DNA of 64,000 nucleotides, taken from positions 1-64,000 of the forward strand of contig JBDREC010000041.1 in assembly GCA_043820105.1 (NCBI GenBank), in the 5' to 3' direction. Origin of the DNA: Pseudomonadota bacterium (GTDB lineage Bacteria; Bdellovibrionota_F; JAHFAK01; JBDREC01). Both the position numbers and the translations under genes were made by a program. Numbering within the stretch: position 1 is the first letter of the stretch; the number at the start of each line of letters is the position of its first letter. Of the stretch, positions 30,838-39,490 are shown piece after piece. The notes under the pieces were generated by a model. The model saw only the letters and a list, made by a program, of their open reading frames with translations, made no database searches and was not told the DNA's origin.

Positions 30838-30854
30838 CGCAAAGTGTATGCCAA
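30838..30854 (-). promoter_or_regulatory. Sigma-54 promoter
   Basis: Minus strand TTGGCATACACTTTGCG: GG-N10-GC. Confidence 0.72.
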
Positions 30855-30993
30855 CTTTTAAAATCAGAAAATTAGATGTATTATTAATATGATATAAAAA
30901 GCGATTTTCTCTTTTTATGTTAAACTGTTAGATAATCTAACTGAAGTGTAAAGCAAGTGAGACAAACATAGTACAGCAGTGTTATCAAGCCTT

Positions 30994-31030
30994 CCCCTTG
31001 TTCCCTTGTTCCCTTGTGCTTTTGTTCCCT
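30994..31030 (-). repeat. 8-mer repeat (AGGGAACA on minus), about 4 units
   Basis: CCCTTGTTCCCTTGTTCCCTTGTGCTTTTGTTCCCT on +, abutting the protease stop. Confidence 0.8.
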
Positions 31031-34029
31031 TACTTCTCCGGATTATATATAGCAATAGACTGAGATGTAATTAGATTTGAATTATCTCTTGCTCTGATTG
31101 TTATAAAATTTCTTCCACTTTCTAAATTAATGTCCTGATCAAGAAGATATTCCTTTTCACCATTTAGTTTTAAGTAAGAAATTTTTTCATCTTTAAGATA
31201 TATATAAACATCTTTTAAACCTTCGTTGTCCTGTATTACATATTTTAAATGATATTTATTATACCCATTACTTCTTTCTAATTTATTTGATAAAGTTTTT
31301 ATTAGCGGTGGGTTGTGCTCTGTAAACCACTCAATATTGCTTACTAGTTTATCTTTATGAGTTTTTTTACTGTCGATTATACCAACATTGGCGCTAGATT
31401 CAATCCAGGCAAAAGCCCCATTATTTAACTTTACTTTATAAAAACCATTACGTTTTTCCATTATTTCCAGTTCTAACTTCTCATCATTTATATATAAAAT
31501 ATTTGAAGCCTTAAATGGAGATGAATAAAAGGAAATACCTTTTTCTTTTAATTCAAGAAAGCCTTTTGGGTGGCTACCAGGGCCAATTTCAGGCCTTGCT
31601 AAATCAAGCTTTAATTTATCTGATATAATTGTTTCATATACATCATCATAAATAAATAATTTAAACTGTATACTATTAGAGCTATAACTTGGATCTATTC
31701 TGAAATTCATCGTTACTTCTTTGACTTCACCCTTTTTTATTTGCTCTATCTCTTCCCTGCCCTTAACAAGAAAAATTCCATCAGCTGTTGTGGCTTTGGC
31801 AGAAACCAAAATCTTTCCAGAATCAATTTCAGAATTATTTTTTATTAAAAGCTTAAGGTCTATTGTTTCACCAAAACTTGGAACCCCATCGCCGTTACCT
31901 TCACTATTGTTTGAAGAATCATCTATAATTTGATAGTTATAGGAATACGTAGGTTTATCAAGTGATTCAATATTTATATATAGAGAATCTTTGTTTAGAG
32001 TTCTTTCGAAATGATCCTTTAAAACCAGAGAAGTATTTACAATTTGGGAAATAGTAGCCTTTGATAATTCTATTTCAATTTCCCGAGTAAGTGTTTGGCC
32101 TGCATTTATTTTACCAAAAATAAATTCATGATTTGTAAATAAAAAGCTATCAGATTCTGTAAGAGCCCAAACTTGATAAAGAGGTAGTTTACCATTATTT
32201 TTAACTTCACAGGCTAAGTGAATTTTTTCCCCTGCTTTACCATTGCCTTCTTTTAAGTAAAAATTTATACTTACTTTTGGTTTTTCTTTTTTAAGTCCAA
32301 AGCCCCAGTCTATATCAAATTTCTTGAGCTCTTGTTTAATTTTAATTTCTTCTTTTCCTGAAGCTTGCACAATAATTTTTTGAGCCTGCGCTAAAAGCTG
32401 TTGCCTGTCATTTGATTTTGCATGTCTAATTATTTCTGAAGCTAGAAAAAGTTCAAAATCATTTTCTTCACTAGTTAAAACAACCTCTCCCTTTGATTCC
32501 TTGGTTAAATCATCATCTTCTTCTTCATTGGTTTTTTTGAAATAAGTAATAGTATGAAGAGCACTTTGGTCAGAATTATTATAATCTGCCATATTCATTC
32601 CTTCAACACCATACATCTTTTCAAGATATTCTGCTTTTATTGTGTGATGTTTTTTAAAAAGAAACATATTATTTTTTTCAATATTAGCAGGATATAGTCT
32701 TATATCTGGCATTACTCCAGCTATTTTAATTTCACGACCTGAAGGAGATATAAATTTGGAAATCGTAATTTTTAAGGCTGATTCTGAGCCATCATGCATT
32801 TCAAAAAGTTGTTGAACCGTCCCCTTTCCAAAGGTCTTGTCTCCAATAATTACAGACCTATCATGCTCTTTTAGAGCAGCTGCAACAATTTCAGAAGCAG
32901 AGGCTGAACCTTCATTAACTAAGGTAACAAGTGGAAAATCTGATAAAGTACCAAACCAAGTTGCTTTTTTTGTTTCTCTTCTATCAGAGCCTACAATAGA
33001 AACAATATCACCAGATTCAATAAAAAGGTCGCTTATTTTATGCGCCTGCCTTAAGACCCCACCTGGATTATTTCTAAGATCAAAAACTACACCACGGAAA
33101 TCACTTCTTTTAAGGTATTTTGAAAGATGAAGTTTAATTTCATCAAGAGATTCATCATGAAAGTTTTTAAGCCTTATTAAAACAACTCCTCCTGGCAGCA
33201 ATTTAGAATCAACGGATTGAATCTTAATAATGTCTCTTGTTAAAATAAATGGCCTTGCATCTTTAAAGGTATCTCTTGCTACCCATAAAGTTACATCTGT
33301 TCCAGGATCTCCTCTCATTCTTCTTACAGCTTCAATTAAAGTCATGTTTACTGTTGAAGCATTATCAATTCTCACGATCTTATCACCAGCTTTAATTCCT
33401 GCATTAAAGGCAGGTGTATCATCAATGGGGGAAATAACAACGAGGTCGCCATCCTTAATTGTAATAACAATACCAAGCCCACCAAATTTTCCCATAGTTC
33501 CAACTTTCAACTCATTATAAACATCCCTTGGAAGAAAATTTGTGTGTGGATCTAATTTCATAAGCATACCGTTTATAGCAACTTCCTCAATTTCCTCGTC
33601 TTCAAACTCATCACTTGTATTATTTCTAATAAACTCATATGCTTGTATCATATTCTTTTTTAAATATTTTAAAGACTTAATGTCTTTTAAATAAAAATTC
33701 CGTATTTTTTCATTTAACTTTATAATAATTTTCTCTTTTTGCTGTACTATCTGAAGTTCAGGAAGAACTTTTTCAATTTCCTTCAAACCGTTTACAAACA
33801 TCTCTTTATAATTTATTTTAGACTTATCTACATATTTTTCATCAACTGTATCTGCTATTTCTGAATAAGTAGATAGTTGTTTGCTTTTAGAATAAAATGT
33901 TTTAAAAATATTTAAAGAATTTTCAGTGTTTGAACAAGACGCATATCTATAAGAAAAAAAGGCAGAAGGAACTAAAACTAAAAACAATATAGTTATAAGC
34001 TTAAATAAATCAGATTTTCTAAGAGCCAT
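31030..34029 (-). CDS. Large S41A carboxy-terminal processing protease with PDZ and C-terminal Ig-like extensions (MXAN_5808-like)
   Basis: LDPHT, FGGLGI, PDZ (TPAFNAGIKAGD), DLRNNPGG, SASASEI, TFGKGTVQ; about 500 extra C-terminal residues. Confidence 0.9.
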   Translation of the reverse strand: MALRKSDLFKLITILFLVLVPSAFFSYRYASCSNTENSLNIFKTFYSKSKQLSTYSEIADTVDEKYVDKSKINYKEMFVNGLKEIEKVLPELQIVQQKEKIIIKLNEKIRNFYLKDIKSLKYLKKNMIQAYEFIRNNTSDEFEDEEIEEVAINGMLMKLDPHTNFLPRDVYNELKVGTMGKFGGLGIVITIKDGDLVVISPIDDTPAFNAGIKAGDKIVRIDNASTVNMTLIEAVRRMRGDPGTDVTLWVARDTFKDARPFILTRDIIKIQSVDSKLLPGGVVLIRLKNFHDESLDEIKLHLSKYLKRSDFRGVVFDLRNNPGGVLRQAHKISDLFIESGDIVSIVGSDRRETKKATWFGTLSDFPLVTLVNEGSASASEIVAAALKEHDRSVIIGDKTFGKGTVQQLFEMHDGSESALKITISKFISPSGREIKIAGVMPDIRLYPANIEKNNMFLFKKHHTIKAEYLEKMYGVEGMNMADYNNSDQSALHTITYFKKTNEEEDDDLTKESKGEVVLTSEENDFELFLASEIIRHAKSNDRQQLLAQAQKIIVQASGKEEIKIKQELKKFDIDWGFGLKKEKPKVSINFYLKEGNGKAGEKIHLACEVKNNGKLPLYQVWALTESDSFLFTNHEFIFGKINAGQTLTREIEIELSKATISQIVNTSLVLKDHFERTLNKDSLYINIESLDKPTYSYNYQIIDDSSNNSEGNGDGVPSFGETIDLKLLIKNNSEIDSGKILVSAKATTADGIFLVKGREEIEQIKKGEVKEVTMNFRIDPSYSSNSIQFKLFIYDDVYETIISDKLKLDLARPEIGPGSHPKGFLELKEKGISFYSSPFKASNILYINDEKLELEIMEKRNGFYKVKLNNGAFAWIESSANVGIIDSKKTHKDKLVSNIEWFTEHNPPLIKTLSNKLERSNGYNKYHLKYVIQDNEGLKDVYIYLKDEKISYLKLNGEKEYLLDQDINLESGRNFITIRARDNSNLITSQSIAIYNPEK

Positions 34030-34243
34030 TACATCTCCAAAAGTTAAATAAAATATATAATTTCAAAATAAAAAACATAAGCCTGCACTTAATTTCTGAG
34101 TCCTGAGTTCTTACTATAATTATTAAAAATTATTAAGAATAATGCAAGTTTTGTTTCATTTTTAAACAATTCTTGACTTTTATTTTATGATTTAGATATA
34201 TAATGCCGCTTGTCTAGAACATGTTAATTAATCGGAGGAACTA

Positions 34244-34483
34244 ATGTCACAAATTGAACAAATTGAAAAAACTCCAAGGGTTGAAGTCTCTGAAAGCGAA
34301 TGCAAAGGATGTCATTTTTGTGCTGATATATGCCCCAAAAAATGCATAAGCATGTCCCAAAAATTTAATAAACTAGGATATCAATACGCTGTTCATGCAG
34401 CCGAAAACTGCATTGGATGTGGTTTTTGTTTTTATACATGCCCAGAACCAGGAGCATTAACTGTTTATAAGAAAGTGAAATAG
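34244..34483 (+). CDS. 4Fe-4S ferredoxin subunit of a second 2-oxoacid oxidoreductase
   Basis: CKGCHFCADICP and CIGCGFCFYTCPE; GGAGG RBS. Confidence 0.9.
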   Translation: MSQIEQIEKTPRVEVSESECKGCHFCADICPKKCISMSQKFNKLGYQYAVHAAENCIGCGFCFYTCPEPGALTVYKKVK

Positions 34484-34518
34484 CTGATAGTAATAAGTAG
34501 CAAGCGCTGGGCTTTAGG

Positions 34519-34557
34519 CTTACCACTTACAGCTTACCACTTACCACTTACCACTTA
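34519..34557 (+). repeat. CTTACCA heptamer repeat
   Basis: Upstream of the RBS of the gene at 34574. Confidence 0.85.
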
Positions 34558-34573
34558 AAACAAGGATTAACTT

Positions 34574-35629
34574 ATGAAAATTGAATTTATAAAAGGCAAT
34601 GAAGCGGTTATTAAGGCTGCTATAATAGCAGGATGTGATTGTTATTTTGGTTATCCAATTACCCCAGCCAGTGAAATTGCTCAAGCAGCTTCTTATTACA
34701 TGCCGCTTTTTAACAGAACTTTTATTCAGGCTGAAAGTGAAGTAGCGGCTATTAATATGGTATATGGAGCAGCTTCAGCCGGTTCTAGGGTGATGACAGC
34801 TTCATCAGGTCCTGGAATAAGCTTAAAACAGGAAGGTGTTTCATATATCGCCGGCGCTGAACTTCCATGTGTTATTGTGGATGTAACCAGAGCAGGTCCA
34901 GGTCTTGGAAATATTTGGCCAGAACAAGGAGATTATAATCAATTAGTTAAAGGTGGTGGTCATGGAAATTATAAATGTATAGTGCTCGCTGCAAATTCAG
35001 CACAAGAGATGGCTGACTTTACCTTTCTATCTTTTGAATTAGCTGATAAGTACAGAATACCTGTTTATCTGCTTTCAGATGCCTATATTGGCCAGATGAT
35101 GGAACCTGTAAAATTTCCAGAAGAAGTTAAAAACTACGATAAAAATGAGAAAAAAGATTGGGCAACTTTAGCAAATGAAGAAACCAGAAAAAATCTTGTA
35201 ACTTCAATTCATATGAATACAAAATCAATGGAAGAACATAATATTAAACTTCAGAACAAATATAGTACAATACAGGAAAATGAAGAAAGAGTAGAATTCT
35301 ATAACACAGATGATGCTGAATATATTTTCATCAGTTATGGTATTACTTCAAGGGTTGTTATGAGTGCTGTTGATGAACTTAGACAACTTGGGATTAAAGC
35401 TGGTTTATTAAGACCTCTTACTTTATGGCCTCATCCTATTAAAGCTTTAGAAAAAATCTTGCCACAAACCAAAAAATTTATTGTTGTTGAATGTTCAAAT
35501 GGTCAGTTAAGAGATGATATCTCTCTATTTACAAAATCTCAGAAACCTATTCTTCTTTATAATAGAATGGGTGGAGCAGTTCCATCAGTAAAAGAAGTGG
35601 TAAATTTTACAAAAGAAATAATTAGCTAA
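34574..35629 (+). CDS. 2-oxoacid:ferredoxin oxidoreductase alpha subunit (VorB/2-ketoisovalerate-type)
   Basis: KGNEA, FGYPITPASE, QAESEVAA, SSGPGISLKQE, RAGPGLG, GGGHG. Confidence 0.9.
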   Translation: MKIEFIKGNEAVIKAAIIAGCDCYFGYPITPASEIAQAASYYMPLFNRTFIQAESEVAAINMVYGAASAGSRVMTASSGPGISLKQEGVSYIAGAELPCVIVDVTRAGPGLGNIWPEQGDYNQLVKGGGHGNYKCIVLAANSAQEMADFTFLSFELADKYRIPVYLLSDAYIGQMMEPVKFPEEVKNYDKNEKKDWATLANEETRKNLVTSIHMNTKSMEEHNIKLQNKYSTIQENEERVEFYNTDDAEYIFISYGITSRVVMSAVDELRQLGIKAGLLRPLTLWPHPIKALEKILPQTKKFIVVECSNGQLRDDISLFTKSQKPILLYNRMGGAVPSVKEVVNFTKEIIS

Positions 35630-35662
35630 ATCATATATATTTTTTTAGCTGCTAAGTTTTAA

Positions 35663-35692
35663 GCTTACCACTTACCACTTACAGCTTACTGC
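35663..35692 (+). repeat. CTTACCA heptamer repeat
   Basis: Upstream of the AGGAG RBS of the gene at 35711. Confidence 0.8.
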
Positions 35693-35710
35693 TTTTAAAA
35701 AGGAGTTATA

Positions 35711-37132
35711 ATGCAAACAAATATCTTAAGAAAACCAAAGGGTTTTTATGATGAATTCACAAGAAAAGGTGTTGCTGATGTAAAATCAACTCACTATTGC
35801 CCAGGCTGTGGTCATGGAATCATTCATAAATTAATAGCTGAAGCAATTGAAGATTTTGAAATAAATAATGATACTATAATCATTTCACCAGTGGGCTGTT
35901 CTGTATTTGCATATTATTATTTTGACACTGGAAATATACAAGCAGCACACGGAAGAGCTCCAGCTGTTGCAACAGGTGCAAAAAGAGCAAATTCAGATAG
36001 CATTGTTATTTCTTATCAGGGTGATGGTGATCTTGCTGCAATCGGTACAGCAGAAATTATTCATGCTGCAAACCGTGGGGAAAACATATGCGTATTTTTT
36101 GTAAATAACGCAATTTATGGAATGACAGGTGGACAAATGGCTCCAACAACTTTGATTGGACAAAAAACCCTGACATCACCACATGGAAGATCAGTTGAAA
36201 ATGAAGGCTACCCTATAAAAATGGCTGAAATGATGAACCAATTAGAAGCTCCCATTTATATTGAAAGAGTAGCATTAACTGATGCTAAACATATTAACAA
36301 AACAAAAAAGGCAATTAGAAAAGCTTTACAAAATCAGATAGACAAAAAGGGTTTTTCTTTTGTGGAAATCTTAACTCCATGCCCTACAAACTGGAAAATG
36401 ACCCCTTCAAAATCCAAAAAATGGGTTGAAGAAGTATTAATGGACACCTTTAAAGTAGACACCTTCAGAGATAACTCTGAAGACGCCACTCCAAGGGTCT
36501 ATGAAAAAGAAGATCTTACTTTAGAAGAATTTTTTAAAACATTAAATTTAGTACAAGAAGCCAAAACCCAAGACGCTTCTTTAGATAATTTTCCAGAACA
36601 AAATATGAAAATAGCAGGATTTGGTGGACAAGGCGTTTTATCAGCAGGTATTGCTATGAGCATAGTTGGAATGGAAGAAGGTCTTAATGTATCATGGATT
36701 CCAAGTTATGGACCAGAAATGAGAGGCGGCACAGCAAACTGTTCTGTTAGAATTTCTACAAACAGAATTGGATCACCTCTTGTTGAAAATCCAAATGTAT
36801 TAATTACAATGAATGGCCCTTCTTTAGATACATTTGAAAATGATGTAGTTCCTGGAGGTTTTATTCTAGTAAACTCATCTTTAGTTGATAGAAAAGTAAA
36901 AAGAGATGATGTGAAAACTCTTTATATTCCAGTTACAGACATGGCAGCTGAAATTGGCTTAAGGCAAGCAGCTAATATGGTGGCATTAGGAGCTTATTTA
37001 GCATACACCAAAATTCTTGATCCAGAAAAACTTTCAAACCTTGTTACAAAAGCCATTAAAAAGAAAGAATTTGTGGAAATTAATATTAAAGCGATTCAAG
37101 CTGGGGCTGAGTTTGCTAAAAAAGAACTTTAA
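35711..37132 (+). CDS. 2-oxoacid:ferredoxin oxidoreductase fused beta-gamma subunit (VorA-type)
   Basis: THYCPGCGHG, PVGC, YQGDGD, YGMTGGQMAPT, then IAGFGGQG and SYGPEMRGG. Confidence 0.9.
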   Translation: MQTNILRKPKGFYDEFTRKGVADVKSTHYCPGCGHGIIHKLIAEAIEDFEINNDTIIISPVGCSVFAYYYFDTGNIQAAHGRAPAVATGAKRANSDSIVISYQGDGDLAAIGTAEIIHAANRGENICVFFVNNAIYGMTGGQMAPTTLIGQKTLTSPHGRSVENEGYPIKMAEMMNQLEAPIYIERVALTDAKHINKTKKAIRKALQNQIDKKGFSFVEILTPCPTNWKMTPSKSKKWVEEVLMDTFKVDTFRDNSEDATPRVYEKEDLTLEEFFKTLNLVQEAKTQDASLDNFPEQNMKIAGFGGQGVLSAGIAMSIVGMEEGLNVSWIPSYGPEMRGGTANCSVRISTNRIGSPLVENPNVLITMNGPSLDTFENDVVPGGFILVNSSLVDRKVKRDDVKTLYIPVTDMAAEIGLRQAANMVALGAYLAYTKILDPEKLSNLVTKAIKKKEFVEINIKAIQAGAEFAKKEL

Positions 37133-37160
37133 CCTTTCTAACTAGTACCAAGCACTAAAA

Positions 37161-37613
37161 CTAAATCTTTGCATCCAACTTTGTCTTAATAAATTCGTGA
37201 TGTTCAATTCTTAAAAGGTTCGCTATTTTTCTGATGATATATTCTTCTTCAGGGGTAACAACATGATCTGCATAAATAATATTCCAAAGCATTTTAAGAA
37301 TTTTAATTTTTTCTTCTTTTGGGAATTGCTTATTTACTGCATTAGTAAAAAACCATAGATCAATTGACTTTTCTCTTTCTTCACGTGCTTTTTTAATGAG
37401 TTTAATTACTGAAATTTGATCAAGTAGAAATTCTTGTTTAATTATATCAATTAATGTTTCTTTTTCAACAGAGGTAAACTCATCATCAGCATTAGCTATT
37501 TCAAGCATTAGTGCAACAACTGCTGTTTTTCTTTCAATTTCAAGTTCATCAACATCAATTTTAGTTTTTTTTAAAATTGCGTTTTTTATGTATTCAAACA
37601 TTGGTTTATCCAT
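37161..37613 (-). CDS. TerB-family protein
   Basis: ALMLEIANADDEF, LWNIIYADH..EEYIIRKIANLL. Confidence 0.85.
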   Translation of the reverse strand: MDKPMFEYIKNAILKKTKIDVDELEIERKTAVVALMLEIANADDEFTSVEKETLIDIIKQEFLLDQISVIKLIKKAREEREKSIDLWFFTNAVNKQFPKEEKIKILKMLWNIIYADHVVTPEEEYIIRKIANLLRIEHHEFIKTKLDAKI

Positions 37614-37809
37614 TTTCCTAGGTAGTTTTAATAATTTAAGTAAGTTGGGTTATCAGCCATCAGCCTTCAGCCATCAGCAAAAAGGTAAACTTCTTAAACA
37701 TTTTTCTAAAAATCAATGAAAAACTATAATTAAATTTATTTTAAATTGACATTTGTTTTCTATAAATAGAATAAATTTTATTAAGCTTAACTAAAAATGG
37801 AAAGCTATA

Positions 37810-38715
37810 ATGATTCTTAAATTTGGTGGTGCCTGTCTAGGTCACGTTGAATATTACAAAAACATATTACATATTATTACTCAAAGAAAAGCTAAGTGCC
37901 TAATTATTGTAGTTTCTGCAATTGGAAAGACCACAAGAATGCTTGCGTTCTTATGTGAAGAGGCTGAAAGGTCTAAAGAAAACTATACAGCCCATAATGC
38001 TTTAATTGATTTTATTGAGCTTAATAAAAAATTTATACAAAATTTATTTGCTTGTCATGAAACAACAGAAAAATTAGAGCTTATTTTTAAACCATATTAT
38101 AATAGAATGAAAGAAATATTAAGTTTCATATCAGAAACATCTGATGCATCTAACATTTTAAAAGATGAATTTTTTTCCTTTGGAGAACTAATTAGTTCTA
38201 ATATTTTTAATGAATTCTTATTAAAAAATAATCTTAATCCTGTTTTGCTTGATGCCAGAAAAATAATTATTACTGATAGCAATTTTGGAGCAGCCAATCC
38301 TTGCATATCTACTACAAAAGAAAATTTAAAAAGTGAAATTGCTCCATTTAGGAAGGAAAATCACATTTTTATTATACAAGGATTTATTGGAGCTAATGTT
38401 AATAATGACACAACCACTCTTGGCTTTGAAGGATCAGACTACACTGCAACGTTGTTAGGTTCAATTATAAATGCCAGCAAAGTCGAACTTTGGAAAAATG
38501 TTAAAGGAATCTGTGAATGCGATCCAGATCTGAACCCTGCTGCAACAACAATTAGACAAATTGGATATAAAGATGCAATTGAGTTTGCGGAATCTGGAGC
38601 AAAAATATTACACCCAAAATCAATAATACCAGCAATGGAAAATAATATAGAAGTTGTTATTAATGATATAAAATGCCCTGATGAAGTGCAGACTGTTATA
38701 AGTCGTAAGTCGTAA
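37810..38715 (+). CDS. lysC: Aspartate kinase, catalytic domain only (no ACT domains)
   Basis: ILKFGG, VVSAIG, FGELIS, QGFIG, TTTLG.EGSDYTA, GAKILHP; 301 aa. Confidence 0.85.
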   Translation: MILKFGGACLGHVEYYKNILHIITQRKAKCLIIVVSAIGKTTRMLAFLCEEAERSKENYTAHNALIDFIELNKKFIQNLFACHETTEKLELIFKPYYNRMKEILSFISETSDASNILKDEFFSFGELISSNIFNEFLLKNNLNPVLLDARKIIITDSNFGAANPCISTTKENLKSEIAPFRKENHIFIIQGFIGANVNNDTTTLGFEGSDYTATLLGSIINASKVELWKNVKGICECDPDLNPAATTIRQIGYKDAIEFAESGAKILHPKSIIPAMENNIEVVINDIKCPDEVQTVISRKS

Positions 38716-38746
38716 GTCGTAAGTCGTAAGTGGTAAGTCGTAAGTA
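38699..38746 (+). repeat. TAAGTCG heptamer repeat overlapping the lysC stop
   Basis: The last codons (SRKS*) are encoded by the repeat. Confidence 0.93.
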
Positions 38747-38762
38747 GTTTCAAGGAGTAATA

Positions 38763-39485
38763 ATGAATATTGGAATAATTGGTTATGGTAGGATGGGGAA
38801 AATAGTTGAAAAAGTGGCTATTGAAAATAAGCACAAGATAAGTGATATTTTTGATATTGATAAGGCTTTTTCAGGAACTTGTAACTTAAACACTGATGTA
38901 TTAATTGATTTTTCTATTCCATCATGTGCCCTAAACAACATAGAGCATGCTTTGAACTCAGGAATAAATATTGTTAGCGGAACAACAGGATTTGACCTTG
39001 CTGAACTAAAAAAACTCCAAAGCACCTTTGCATTTAAATCAGCAGTTTTATTTTCACCAAATTTTTCTCTTGGCTTAAATGTTTTTCTTAAACTTTGCAA
39101 GGATGCTTCAAAATTACTAAGTAATTTTGATTATGATGCTTACCTGGAAGAATATCATCATGATAAAAAACTTGATGCACCCTCTGGAACAGCTAAGAAA
39201 ATTGAATCTATTTTACTTGAAAACTTTTCAAAGAAAAATGAAACCCTGTATGATAATCCTAAGGGCCAAATAAAACAAAATACTCTTCAAGTTAAAGCTA
39301 TTAGATCAAAGTCAATTCCTGGAATCCATAAACTTACTTTTCAATCAGATAGAGATAATATTGAAATTAAACATTCTGTTTTTGACAGATCCTTATTTGC
39401 AGAAGGTGCAATTAAAGGTGCTGAATGGCTAAAGGATAAAAAGGGGGTTTTCTTTATGGAAGATTTTCTAGAGTCGTTTATCTAG
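38763..39485 (+). CDS. dapB: 4-hydroxy-tetrahydrodipicolinate reductase
   Basis: GYGRMG, IDFS, GTTG, NFSLG, EYHHDKKLDAPSGTA. Confidence 0.95.
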   Translation: MNIGIIGYGRMGKIVEKVAIENKHKISDIFDIDKAFSGTCNLNTDVLIDFSIPSCALNNIEHALNSGINIVSGTTGFDLAELKKLQSTFAFKSAVLFSPNFSLGLNVFLKLCKDASKLLSNFDYDAYLEEYHHDKKLDAPSGTAKKIESILLENFSKKNETLYDNPKGQIKQNTLQVKAIRSKSIPGIHKLTFQSDRDNIEIKHSVFDRSLFAEGAIKGAEWLKDKKGVFFMEDFLESFI

Positions 39486-39490
39486 TTTGC

